From positions 4,485 through 68,484 of the forward strand of contig JABDCB010000004.1 of assembly GCA_013288325.1 (NCBI GenBank): 64,000 nt of DNA, written 5' to 3'. Made by a program: the position numbers and the translations under genes. Below are positions 1 to 9,211 of this stretch, one piece after another; the first letter of the stretch is position 1; every line of letters starts with the position of its first letter. This stretch comes from Bacteroidota bacterium (GTDB lineage: Bacteria > Bacteroidota > Bacteroidia > Palsa-965). Under the pieces are notes generated by a model, which was not told the DNA's origin, did no database searches, and worked only from the letters and a program-made list of their open reading frames with translations.

Positions 1-1
1 G

Positions 2-304
2 TTAAAACTGGATTCGGCACAAAGCGCTACCACCCATTTCCGTTATCTTTTTGATCATTGTCTGATAGCAAGTACATTGTCTGTTTTTGGAAATATGCAT
101 TTCGCTTTTGATAATCTATATAACAATACAAACACATCTAACTATCCCAATTTTTATGATCCGGGTAATAATAACCTGAATATACACCCCAACTCACCAG
201 CCGCAGCCCCCAATGGTGGATATCTTTCTAACCCGATATCTACTGATCTTAACAATGTGAGCCGCCCTTTCCCTCCTTCCATAGGGGCGTATGAGCCACA
301 CTGA
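2..304 (+). CDS. 3' end of an unidentified gene that starts upstream of the window; Asn/Pro-rich low-complexity tail
   Basis: The frame is open from base 2 to the TGA at 302-304. The track ORF 77..304 merely begins at an internal TTG. No recognisable domain. Confidence 0.35.
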   Translation, partial: LKLDSAQSATTHFRYLFDHCLIASTLSVFGNMHFAFDNLYNNTNTSNYPNFYDPGNNNLNIHPNSPAAAPNGGYLSNPISTDLNNVSRPFPPSIGAYEPH

Positions 305-323
305 GGGAAACTTTATTGTTTGA

Positions 324-1379
324 TCAGAGTGTCAGCAGGAATTGCATGGTATCCACCCCATCGGCATAATCCCACAACATAGGACATTGACTTTCTCCGA
401 AAGGAACAGAACCGGCAACATGTCCGTCTTTAGAAACAATGCATTGAATTTGTTCCGCATCCCGGGCCAGGATTGTTTTCAAATGCTTCTCATCTTTATA
501 ATACTCATAAAAGAGTACTCCTATAGGAGATGCTAGATTTACGTCCTGACGCAGTAAGAGGAAATTATTATCCAGGAGTTTCTCGGCATGAAGGAGATAC
601 ACAGTCTTATTGTATTCGTAATTGTTCACATACTTATTGTTTTCCATCACCCAGGCGTAAGAAAAGATTCCTTCAAAAAAAGGATCAAAAACAAAGCCTT
701 CGGGAACGAGGAGTTTGGATACATTCCTGCATCCCAGACCATAATAGGAGAAAATATCGGAGCCCAGTTTCTCCCAGTCTGCTGCGTTTTCTGTACCGGT
801 AATAACAGCCAGCGCATGTCTGTTTTTGCGGATGATATGCGGGTATTTACCGAAATAATAATCGAAGTAACGGGAGGTATTATTGCTTCCGGTAGCTATC
901 ACGGCATCCATCGATTTGATAGTTCCGTTTGTAAACTCAATATAAGGCAGAAAACGGGGCTCTATCTGCAACAAGACGGCTGCCAGAAAAGGGATGAGCA
1001 GGTGATCGTCGGAGGATACTTTGCCCAAAAAAGTATGCCCGGAAAGCAACACGGTAATAAAATCATGAGCACCTACGGCAGGAATATTTCCGGCCATGAT
1101 AACGGCTACTTTTTTCTCTGCCTTATTTTTTTCAAGCGCTTCGGTATAATTATCGAGCCATTTTACCAGCTGTTCTTTTTGCAGACTGGCAGCAATACCT
1201 TTTATAGCCGAACGAACGCTGACCGGTGAAAACCATGGATTATGAGCCTTTACCTGAGGCAAGAGCCGGGTAAGCATTTCCTGCTCGGCAGGTAATACCG
1301 TAGGTTGTTTGCTGTCTGCTTCCGAAAGAAATACACCCAGCAATTCAAATGCTCTTATGCGATCTTTCAATTCTATCAT
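324..1379 (-). CDS. LuxC-type acyl-CoA reductase family protein
   Basis: 351-aa ORF. Segments VAVIMAGNIPAVGAHDFITVLLSGH and YYGLGCRNVSKL resemble the Bacteroidota LuxC/acyl-CoA reductase family as I remember it. It is divergent from a ferredoxin gene. Confidence 0.75.
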   Translation of the reverse strand: MIELKDRIRAFELLGVFLSEADSKQPTVLPAEQEMLTRLLPQVKAHNPWFSPVSVRSAIKGIAASLQKEQLVKWLDNYTEALEKNKAEKKVAVIMAGNIPAVGAHDFITVLLSGHTFLGKVSSDDHLLIPFLAAVLLQIEPRFLPYIEFTNGTIKSMDAVIATGSNNTSRYFDYYFGKYPHIIRKNRHALAVITGTENAADWEKLGSDIFSYYGLGCRNVSKLLVPEGFVFDPFFEGIFSYAWVMENNKYVNNYEYNKTVYLLHAEKLLDNNFLLLRQDVNLASPIGVLFYEYYKDEKHLKTILARDAEQIQCIVSKDGHVAGSVPFGESQCPMLWDYADGVDTMQFLLTL

Positions 1380-1407
1380 TTTTCCAAACCTTCGCAGGAT
1401 TTTTTAG

Positions 1408-1415
1408 TACTTTTG
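1408..1415 (+). promoter_or_regulatory. Bacteroidota-type -7 promoter box (TACTTTTG = TAnnTTTG) for the ferredoxin gene
   Basis: Exact TAnnTTTG match 32 nt upstream of the ATG at 1447. Confidence 0.45.
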
Positions 1416-1446
1416 TCAGGTTTTGCAAAACTAATAATATAAAGCT

Positions 1447-1794
1447 ATGGCCATTAAAATAACCGAGGAATGCATCAATTGCGGGGCTTGCGAACCAGAA
1501 TGCCCGAATAATGCAATTTATGAAGGTGGTGCGGAGTGGCGATTTTCTGACGGTACCAGCCTGAAGGGAGAATTTAACTCCAAATCAGGCTTACATGCCG
1601 ATGCAGAAGCTCCTCAGACCCCTGTTTCTATGGATCTGTATTATATTGTTTCCGATAAATGTACTGAATGTGTAGGGTTTCATGATGAACCTCAATGTGC
1701 CGCCGTTTGTCCTGTTGACTGCTGTGTGGATGATGAAAACTGGCGCGAATCCAAAGAAGATCTGCTGACCAAGAAAGCAACACTTCACCTTTAA
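1447..1794 (+). CDS. 4Fe-4S dicluster ferredoxin
   Basis: CINCGACEPECP and CTECVGFHDEPQCAAVCP cysteine clusters. Confidence 0.9.
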   Translation: MAIKITEECINCGACEPECPNNAIYEGGAEWRFSDGTSLKGEFNSKSGLHADAEAPQTPVSMDLYYIVSDKCTECVGFHDEPQCAAVCPVDCCVDDENWRESKEDLLTKKATLHL

Positions 1795-1795
1795 T

Positions 1796-1903
1796 CAGGA
1801 GGCTGGAGGCAGGAAGCAACCAAAATATTCATTTCCTTTTCTGCCTCCTGCTTATTGCCTTCTTTTTTTTGCCTCCTGCGCCTGCCTCCTGCCGCTGTTT
1901 TTT
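1796..1903. repeat. Cluster of GGAGGCAG / CTGCCTCC inverted and direct repeats; probable structured terminator region
   Basis: CAGGAGGC (1796-1803) and GGAGGCAG (1805-1812) are complementary to CTGCCTCC (1841-1848) and GCCTCCTG (1871-1878, 1884-1891). A T-run lies at 1897-1903. The 19-mer at 1871-1889 recurs with one mismatch at 32921-32939. Confidence 0.6.
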
Positions 1904-1967
1904 GCCTACTACCGCTGAATTAGGTGGTATGTAATTATTTCCCGAACTTTACGTTATTCCTCATAGG

Positions 1968-2897
1968 ATGAAACATCGCATTTTCGGGCTCTCCTTTTTA
2001 TTTTTCTTTTTTTACACCTCCTCCTTTGCCAAGGTAGAAAACCCGCTATTGCCTGTTTATGAAGATTCTCTTTGTCACCTGGCCCATAAAATGTTTCAAT
2101 GCAAAACAGATGCGGCAAAATTTAAGTTCAATACCGAATTTCTGAGTCTTCTTGAAAAAACACTCAAACTGGATGAAGCATTCGACTACCCTTTTGACTC
2201 GTTGAAAGATGTAGGCCGCTTACACTCCCCCGACGGCAGTTTCAATATTTTTAACTGGAACATCCCCAAAGAAGACGGGACACAGGTTTATTTCGGCTTT
2301 ATCCAGCATCATAACCCCAAAACAAAGGTGATAGATTTGTTTCCACTCCAGGATAAACGTTCCGAGATCAAAAACCCGGAATCTCAAAGCCTGGATTGCA
2401 AAAAATGGTTTGGCGCCCTTTATTATCAGATTATTGAAAACAAAAGCGGCAAAAACACCTATTATACATTGCTGGGATGGGATGGCAATAATAGACTAAG
2501 CTGGAAAAAACTTATAGACGTTGTTTATTTCGACCGAGATGGTGTTCCGCATTTCGGAGAAAATATCTTTCACATGGGTAAAACACCCAAAAAGCGTGTG
2601 ATCTTCGAATTCCGGGCCGAAATGATTATGGCCCTGCGGTATAATGCCGATAAAGGAATGATCATTTTTGACAATCTGGTACCCGAAGCTCCGGAAGGCA
2701 AGGGTATTTATGAAACCTATGTGATGGATGGAAGCTATAACGGCCTGATTTTCAAGAAGGGAATGTGGCAATTACAGGAAGATGTGAATGCCCTTAATCC
2801 AAAGACCAAAAACGACAATTTTTACGAGGATCCACGTTCTGTTTCGGATAAAAAAGCCAGCAATACGTTTACTCCTGCCCCAAAAAAGAAAGATTGA
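1968..2897 (+). CDS. hypothetical secreted protein
   Basis: 309-aa ORF with an N-terminal signal-like segment (LSFLFFFFYTSSFA). No motif recognised. Confidence 0.7.
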   Translation: MKHRIFGLSFLFFFFYTSSFAKVENPLLPVYEDSLCHLAHKMFQCKTDAAKFKFNTEFLSLLEKTLKLDEAFDYPFDSLKDVGRLHSPDGSFNIFNWNIPKEDGTQVYFGFIQHHNPKTKVIDLFPLQDKRSEIKNPESQSLDCKKWFGALYYQIIENKSGKNTYYTLLGWDGNNRLSWKKLIDVVYFDRDGVPHFGENIFHMGKTPKKRVIFEFRAEMIMALRYNADKGMIIFDNLVPEAPEGKGIYETYVMDGSYNGLIFKKGMWQLQEDVNALNPKTKNDNFYEDPRSVSDKKASNTFTPAPKKKD

Positions 2898-3043
2898 TCT
2901 ATTCCCAATCACCGGGTAAAAATTAAACCCGCTTTCCCCTTCCAGTACCTGTATTATTGTTAAATTTCGGACAGTTTATAAATCTCTGTCTCATGAGCGC
3001 TCCCAGTCTCGAAAGTCAAACAAAAAAAACACATACGAATTCT

Positions 3044-4114
3044 ATGAAAGTGCACAATTTCAGTGCCGGCCCCGGCATCCTGCCTCAGGAAGTTTTACAA
3101 CAGGCTTCTGAAGCCTGTATCGATTTTGACAATTTACATTTGTCTCTGCTCGAAATTTCCCATCGAAGCAAGAACTTCGAAAAGGTAATGGATGAAACAA
3201 CAGCTCTTACCATGGAGTTGCTTCAACTGGATGATAAATACAAAGTAATATTTTTAGGAGGAGGAGCCAGTCTGCAGTTTGCGATGGTTCCTTATAATCT
3301 TCTTCGTACCGATGGAACTGCCGGATATGTCAATACCGGTGTATGGGCCAGTAAAGCAATCAAAGAAGCTAAAATTGTAGGGAATACAAAAGTATTGGCC
3401 TCTTCAGAGGATCATAATTTCAACTTTATTCCAAAAGGGTTTGCCGTACCAAAAGATCTGGACTATATCCACATTACTTCCAACAACACGATTTATGGAA
3501 CCCAGATGAAGAAATGGCCCGTAACACCGGTGCCTGTTGTATGTGACATGTCGTCCGATATTTTCAGCCGCAAGGTGGATGGAAAACAGTTCGGATTGAT
3601 TTATGCCGGAGCTCAGAAAAACATGGGATGTGCAGGATCCACCATGATTGCGGTACGCGAAGATTTGCTGGGCAAGACAGAACGCACCATGTTATCCATG
3701 CTCGATTACAAAGTACATATCAAAGGAGGAAGTATGTATAATACACCTCCTGTATTTCCAATCTATGTATCCTTGCTTACCCTTCGCTGGTTGAAAAAGA
3801 ATGGTGGCCTGGAATGGATTGAGAAAGTCAATATTCAAAAAGCCCAGGCTATCTATTCCGAAATAGATCGCAACTCTCTGTTCAAAGGCACGTGTGAAAA
3901 AGAAGACCGTTCCAATATGAACGTATGTTTTGTGATGCACAAACCTGAACTGGAGCCGGAGTTTGACAAAATGTGGAAAGAAGCTCAGATCAGCGGCATC
4001 CGCGGTCACCGCGATGTAGGCGGATACCGTGCTTCCCTTTACAATGCTCTTCCGCTGGAAAGCGTGCAGGTATTGGTTGAAGTGATGCAGGCTTTTGAGA
4101 AGAAATTTGCTTAA
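3044..4114 (+). CDS. serC: phosphoserine aminotransferase
   Basis: N-terminus MKVHNFSAGPGILPQEVL, and HRSKNF, are typical of SerC. I chose the ATG at 3044 rather than the upstream TTG at 2957. Confidence 0.92.
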   Translation: MKVHNFSAGPGILPQEVLQQASEACIDFDNLHLSLLEISHRSKNFEKVMDETTALTMELLQLDDKYKVIFLGGGASLQFAMVPYNLLRTDGTAGYVNTGVWASKAIKEAKIVGNTKVLASSEDHNFNFIPKGFAVPKDLDYIHITSNNTIYGTQMKKWPVTPVPVVCDMSSDIFSRKVDGKQFGLIYAGAQKNMGCAGSTMIAVREDLLGKTERTMLSMLDYKVHIKGGSMYNTPPVFPIYVSLLTLRWLKKNGGLEWIEKVNIQKAQAIYSEIDRNSLFKGTCEKEDRSNMNVCFVMHKPELEPEFDKMWKEAQISGIRGHRDVGGYRASLYNALPLESVQVLVEVMQAFEKKFA

Positions 4115-4155
4115 ACGACAGGAGCCGATCTCCTGATTATCCACTTAACTATTTT

Positions 4156-5109
4156 ATGAGCCAACGAATTCTCGCCAATGACGGCATCGACCCACAGGGC
4201 AAAGCCCTTTTAGAGAAAGCCGGATACACGGTAGTTACAGAAAAAGTAGCACAGGATAAACTAGCCGAGGAGCTGAATGCCCACCGTTATGTGGGTATTA
4301 CCGTTCGCAGCGCTACCCAGGTTAGAAAAGAAGTGATTGATTCCTGTTCTCACCTCCGCTTGATAGGCCGGGGAGGTGTTGGAATGGATAATATTGATGT
4401 GGACTATGCGCGCAGCAAAGGGTTACAAGTGGTAAACACCCCGGCCGCCTCTTCCCATTCTGTTGCCGAACTGGTATTTGCCCATCTTTTCAGCATGGTT
4501 CGTTTTCTGCAGGATTCCAACCGTCATATGCCCCTGGAAGGAAATACGAAATTTGATGCACTAAAGAAAAAGTATGCAAAAGGAATTGAACTGAAAGGAA
4601 AAACAATCGGTATAATAGGCTTTGGAAGGATTGGACAGGCCGTAGGAAAAATAGCCCTGGGTTGCGGAATGAAGATTGAAGCGTATGATCCCTTTTTAAC
4701 CGAAGCCCTGCTCCCTCTTGATATTCAGGGAGCCGGAAAAGTTGAAGTAAAAATCAAAACTGTATCACTCGAACAAGTGCTGAAACAAAGTGATTTCATT
4801 ACCCTGCATGTTCCAGGCGGAAAAGTGATTACTCATAAAGAGCTGGCACAAATGAAAAAAGGTGTTATGCTGGTGAATGCATCACGCGGAGGAGTAATTG
4901 TAGAAAAGGATCTGATTGATGCACTTAACTCCGGACAGGTGGCCAGAGCGGGACTTGATGTATTTGAACATGAACCTACTCCCAGCCAGGATATTATATC
5001 CCATCCGGGCATTTCTCTGAGTCCGCATATAGGCGCCGCTACCGAAGAAGCCCAGGAACGTATCGGGATTGAACTCGCCGAACTGATCATTGAGAAACTA
5101 AAACAATAA
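4156..5109 (+). CDS. serA: D-3-phosphoglycerate dehydrogenase / D-2-hydroxyacid dehydrogenase
   Basis: NAD-binding GIIGFGRIGQAV. Catalytic-region motifs NASRGGVI and PHIGAAT. Lies next to serC. Confidence 0.88.
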   Translation: MSQRILANDGIDPQGKALLEKAGYTVVTEKVAQDKLAEELNAHRYVGITVRSATQVRKEVIDSCSHLRLIGRGGVGMDNIDVDYARSKGLQVVNTPAASSHSVAELVFAHLFSMVRFLQDSNRHMPLEGNTKFDALKKKYAKGIELKGKTIGIIGFGRIGQAVGKIALGCGMKIEAYDPFLTEALLPLDIQGAGKVEVKIKTVSLEQVLKQSDFITLHVPGGKVITHKELAQMKKGVMLVNASRGGVIVEKDLIDALNSGQVARAGLDVFEHEPTPSQDIISHPGISLSPHIGAATEEAQERIGIELAELIIEKLKQ

Positions 5110-5177
5110 GTTTCCGACAATCTATACTCAGCAACAAAGAAGCAATCTCTTTTTAGCTGACGGATACTGACTATTAT

Positions 5178-6425
5178 ATGGCAACCATCATTCCATTTTG
5201 CGGCATCAGGCCTGCTCCCGACAAAGTACATCTGGTTGCATCGAGGGCGGTAGACGGATATTCCAGCAGCGATTTAAAAGAAAAACTGAAAAGCAACCCG
5301 TTTTCTTTCCTGCATGTAATCAATCCTGATTTCAGCGATGGGAAACGTACCCGCCCGGGATCTCCCGAAAGACTTAAAAAAGTAAAAGCCCGTTACCTCC
5401 AGTTCCGGGAAGAGGAAGTGTTTGTACACGACAGCCATCCCTGCTATTATATCTATCGTCAACAAAAGATGGGCCAGGTATATACCGGTTTGATAGCGTG
5501 TGGCAGCATTGATGATTATTTTGACGGCCTCATTAAGATACACGAACAAACCATCACGGAACGGGAAGAGAAACTGAAACAATATCTGGAAGTATGCGAT
5601 TTTAATGCAGAGCCGGTATTATTCAGCTATCCCAACGATCCGGTGATTGATCAAATTACCGAAGAAATAACGGAAGGACATCCGGTCTATGATTTTACCA
5701 CCACCGATAGGGTACGACATACACTTTGGCTTGCGGATGATCGTGAAACAGTGAAGACACTGGAAGAACATTTCAAAAAAATACCGGCTATTTATATTGC
5801 CGACGGTCACCACCGGTCTGCCTCATCAGCTTTGCTGGGTAAATACAGACGCAGTCAGAATCCGGATCATAACGGAACGGAAGCTTACAATTATTACCTC
5901 GGTGTGTTTTTTCCTGAAAATCAGCTTAAGATCTATGATTTTAACCGGGTGGTGAAAGATCTGAACGGATTGTCGGAGACTCAGCTGATTGACAAAATAA
6001 AAGAAAATTTCTCGGTTGAAGAAGTCGGCGTAGCTATTTACAAACCTACATGCAAACACAACTTCAGTATGTATCTTGGAGGGAAATGGTATTCTCTTAC
6101 TCCTAAACCGGGTATCGTACATGATAAAGAGCCGGTAGGGTCGTTGGATGCCTTCCTGCTTACTGAACATATTCTTTCACCGATACTGGGTATTCATGAT
6201 CTGAAAACCGACAAGCGCATCGGTTTTGTTTCCGGAATAAAAGGGATGGAAGAGTTGAAAAATCAGGTTGATAACTGGAAAGCCAAAGTTGCTTTCGGTT
6301 TATATCCGGTATCGATGGAACAGCTTAAACTTATTGCCGATACCGGCCATATCATGCCTCCCAAATCCACCTGGGTAGAACCCAAAATGCGCAGCGGACT
6401 TATTATCTACAGTCTTTCGGAGTAA
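5178..6425 (+). CDS. DUF1015 family protein
   Basis: 415 aa with the ADGHHR signature I associate with DUF1015. Same strand as serC-serA. Confidence 0.8.
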   Translation: MATIIPFCGIRPAPDKVHLVASRAVDGYSSSDLKEKLKSNPFSFLHVINPDFSDGKRTRPGSPERLKKVKARYLQFREEEVFVHDSHPCYYIYRQQKMGQVYTGLIACGSIDDYFDGLIKIHEQTITEREEKLKQYLEVCDFNAEPVLFSYPNDPVIDQITEEITEGHPVYDFTTTDRVRHTLWLADDRETVKTLEEHFKKIPAIYIADGHHRSASSALLGKYRRSQNPDHNGTEAYNYYLGVFFPENQLKIYDFNRVVKDLNGLSETQLIDKIKENFSVEEVGVAIYKPTCKHNFSMYLGGKWYSLTPKPGIVHDKEPVGSLDAFLLTEHILSPILGIHDLKTDKRIGFVSGIKGMEELKNQVDNWKAKVAFGLYPVSMEQLKLIADTGHIMPPKSTWVEPKMRSGLIIYSLSE

Positions 6426-6451
6426 TTCACCCTGTTTAAGAAGCTGTATCC

Positions 6452-7132
6452 ATGTCTATCGTTCAGAATATTACTCAGCTCAAATCTAAAATTCCTGCAA
6501 GAGTCAGCCTTGTGGCTGTTTCAAAAACACATCCGGTTAATCTTATTCAGGAGGTGTATGACACCGGTCAACGGATTTTCGGAGAAAACAGGGTGCAGGA
6601 ACTCGTATCAAAACACACCGATCTGCCAGCAGATATTGAATGGCACCTCATCGGGCATTTACAAACAAACAAAGTAAAAGATATAGCCCCTTTCATCAGT
6701 CTGATTCATTCCATCGACAGCTTTAAACTGCTGGAGGAAGTCAATAAACAAGCCCGAAAAAACAACCGGGTTATCGACTGTCTTTTACAGGTATATATTG
6801 CAAAGGAAGAAACCAAATTCGGAATGGATTTTGAAGAGGTAAGCTTCCTTTTAACATCAGAGGCCTTGCAACAACTCAAGTACATTCGTATTTGCGGTCT
6901 TATGGGGATGGCTACCAATACAGCCGATATGGATCAGGTTAGAAAAGAATTCCGATCATTGAAAACTTTTTTTGATTCCTGCAGTTTCCCCGCACCTTCC
7001 CATCCTAATCATGCTTCCCTCAAAGTGGTTAAACCTGTTCTTTCTATGGGCATGAGCAGTGATTATCAGCTGGCTATTGAAGAAGGTAGTACCATGATCC
7101 GGGTAGGAAGTGCCATTTTCGGAAGCCGCTGA
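6452..7132 (+). CDS. yggS: YggS-family pyridoxal-phosphate homeostasis protein
   Basis: VAVSKT (PLP lysine), FGENRVQE, WHLIGHLQTNKVK. Confidence 0.9.
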   Translation: MSIVQNITQLKSKIPARVSLVAVSKTHPVNLIQEVYDTGQRIFGENRVQELVSKHTDLPADIEWHLIGHLQTNKVKDIAPFISLIHSIDSFKLLEEVNKQARKNNRVIDCLLQVYIAKEETKFGMDFEEVSFLLTSEALQQLKYIRICGLMGMATNTADMDQVRKEFRSLKTFFDSCSFPAPSHPNHASLKVVKPVLSMGMSSDYQLAIEEGSTMIRVGSAIFGSR

Positions 7133-7198
7133 TATCGTATTCTTCACGGCCCCCTTTATCAAACAAATTGTATTTTTGTTCTCCTTACCTGATTAACC

Positions 7199-7738
7199 AT
7201 GGAATATATTGGAAGCCGGATATCCTATTTACGCAAGCCGGATGAGCTCAGTATTGTGATCTCCGTTTTTTCCGACAAAAAGAAAAACCGCCTGCTTCTT
7301 GCCTGGATACTGGCATGGACCATGGGAGGCCTGGTGATGATGGGCTATTTTTTTACCGTGCATGAAAACCAGTTAAAAACTATGGTACTTGTTTGGCTGG
7401 GCTTTTGGTTTTACTTTGAATACAAGGCCTGGAAGGCCTATACATGGAGAAGACATGGAAAAGAAATTATCAAGATAGGCAAGGGACACTTGTTTTATAA
7501 ACGGGATAACCGGGGAGCTGGTAAAATTCAGGATTTCCAAACCGAAGCCATACAGCAATTTGAAAAATATGCAGGCCGTCAGAATGATTTTATCAATACA
7601 TTGATCAGCTCGTATTGGGTGATTGCCGGAGAAACGATTTCTTTCCGCTATTACGGTAAAGAGGTGGCATTCGGGATGCAGCTCCAGGAAAAAGATACGG
7701 CTGCTCTGATGGAACTGCTTCGTACGGAATTACGCTAG
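7199..7738 (+). CDS. hypothetical membrane protein
   Basis: 179-aa ORF with two hydrophobic helices (LLLAWILAWTMGGLVMMGYFF, MVLVWLGFWFYF). No family recognised. Confidence 0.6.
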   Translation: MEYIGSRISYLRKPDELSIVISVFSDKKKNRLLLAWILAWTMGGLVMMGYFFTVHENQLKTMVLVWLGFWFYFEYKAWKAYTWRRHGKEIIKIGKGHLFYKRDNRGAGKIQDFQTEAIQQFEKYAGRQNDFINTLISSYWVIAGETISFRYYGKEVAFGMQLQEKDTAALMELLRTELR

Positions 7739-8164
7739 ATCCTTTTGCATGAGATAATGCTGGATGAGTCCCCACAGCAAATAGCTCTTTTCTATTTCGC
7801 GGTACCCGTTTCTTATATAAAAATTAACGGCATTTTCCCGAGACTGAAGCACGATCCTTTTTATTCCATGCCGGCGTGCTATGTTTTCAAAATAATCGAG
7901 CAGCATTTTCCCCAGATCCTTACCACGCATATCTTCCCGTATTCCCATAAAACGCAGCTGAGCTTCTTCTGCAGAATTAAACTGCATACGGCATACACCC
8001 AGCACCTCCCCTTCCTCGTTTACAACCATGGCATGCCGTGACTCCTGCTCTTTATCATCTTTAACACTGCTGTAAGGTTGGTTCCACGGCTTACGAAGCA
8101 CTTCGTAACGCAGGTTGAAGTACCGCTCAAAATCTTCGGCAGACTGAGGTTCGGCAACTTTCAT
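7730..8164 (-). CDS. GNAT family N-acetyltransferase
   Basis: Acetyl-CoA motif A region IREDMRGKDLGKMLL. Typical size of 144 aa. Confidence 0.85.
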   Translation of the reverse strand: MKVAEPQSAEDFERYFNLRYEVLRKPWNQPYSSVKDDKEQESRHAMVVNEEGEVLGVCRMQFNSAEEAQLRFMGIREDMRGKDLGKMLLDYFENIARRHGIKRIVLQSRENAVNFYIRNGYREIEKSYLLWGLIQHYLMQKDLA

Positions 8165-8176
8165 CAGGAAAAAGGA

Positions 8177-9109
8177 TCAGAATTTGGAACGTGTACGCTT
8201 ACGTTTGTAAGGAATCTTGTAGTTCACATTCAGAGTCATGAACATATAAGCGTCTTTGTATTTGGGGTTGCCCCGCTCCTGGCCAGGTGCTGCCTGCCAT
8301 ACTCCGGCAGAAGCTCCTCCAAGTTCTTTCGGATACGTCATCAGAGACGGATCGGCAAAATAAGCAGCTATATTTCCATGAGCCGCTTTAATAGCGCTGT
8401 TGGAATAATACTTCCCTCCGGTATCATCAATATAATCTGTGAGCGTGTAACGCATACCGTATTCTGCACCAATGCTCCAGCGCTGGTCAATCGCAATCTT
8501 AGCACCAAGTCCCAAAGGAAAACAAATGCTGACAGGAGAATATTCTTTCGGACCACCAGGCAAACCTTGTCCTTCTGTACCCAACGGTCTCAATGCATAC
8601 CAGTTACCATTAGTATACTCGCCTTTGGGATTGTAGTAAAACAAACCAACACCACCGAAGAAATAAGCCTGAATATCCTTACGTTTCATACCATGCACAT
8701 TTTTCAGACGGTATAAGTGGCCGCCACGATCCTGTGTAAAGTATCCTTCAAAACGAACGGAAGGTTCCAGAATGATTGATTTGAAATTTATATTGCGGTT
8801 ATGACGAAAAGGTTCGGTAGAGATGGCATCGTTTCCACCTACCTGACCCCACCAAAGGCCACCCTGCAAAGCCCAGTAGCGGTTATTCTTATAGCGAATA
8901 CCCAAGCCACCAACGGGTTTGGTTACCTGATAATTGAAATCCTTTACAAAGTGGGTACCTATCTGGCTGGATCCTCCTACGTCACCAAGAAAATTAGTGG
9001 CGCCAAGGTTTAACATCAATTCATACTTATAGCGTTTCCGCCGAAATTGGGCATCAACAAGAAGGGATGGCAGTATTAATGCCAACACAATGACCAATCT
9101 CTTATTCAT
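8177..9109 (-). CDS. outer-membrane beta-barrel protein
   Basis: Signal peptide (LVIVLALILPSLLVDAQ), Gly/aromatic-rich alternating strands, C-terminal Phe. Confidence 0.7.
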   Translation of the reverse strand: MNKRLVIVLALILPSLLVDAQFRRKRYKYELMLNLGATNFLGDVGGSSQIGTHFVKDFNYQVTKPVGGLGIRYKNNRYWALQGGLWWGQVGGNDAISTEPFRHNRNINFKSIILEPSVRFEGYFTQDRGGHLYRLKNVHGMKRKDIQAYFFGGVGLFYYNPKGEYTNGNWYALRPLGTEGQGLPGGPKEYSPVSICFPLGLGAKIAIDQRWSIGAEYGMRYTLTDYIDDTGGKYYSNSAIKAAHGNIAAYFADPSLMTYPKELGGASAGVWQAAPGQERGNPKYKDAYMFMTLNVNYKIPYKRKRTRSKF

Positions 9110-9211
9110 ATACAGATGAGTGATAAGAATTCAGGATCAAATGCTTGAGTTCTGGATTATCTTACAAATATATGATAAATACAGATGGTCTCAAAACACA
9201 TTTTAAAATTA

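Noticed and set aside
77-304. Stand-alone 75-aa Asn-rich ORF
   Set aside because: The frame is open back to the window edge, so it is more likely the C-terminal tail of a truncated upstream gene than an independent small gene.
588-1229. 213-aa plus-strand ORF (and 342..536, 530..802)
   Set aside because: Antisense shadow of the LuxC-like gene. The translation has no features and the minus-strand protein has clear family motifs.
2957-3043. Upstream alternative starts proposed by the ORF track for serC. The same issue applies to 10335, 11523, 29191, 55013 and 58506.
   Set aside because: In each case a downstream ATG gives the canonical family N-terminus or signal peptide. The extension overlaps a promoter box or terminator, or adds non-homologous residues.
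8078-8716. 212-aa plus-strand ORF
   Set aside because: Shadow ORF spanning the GNAT start and the OMP gene on the opposite strand.
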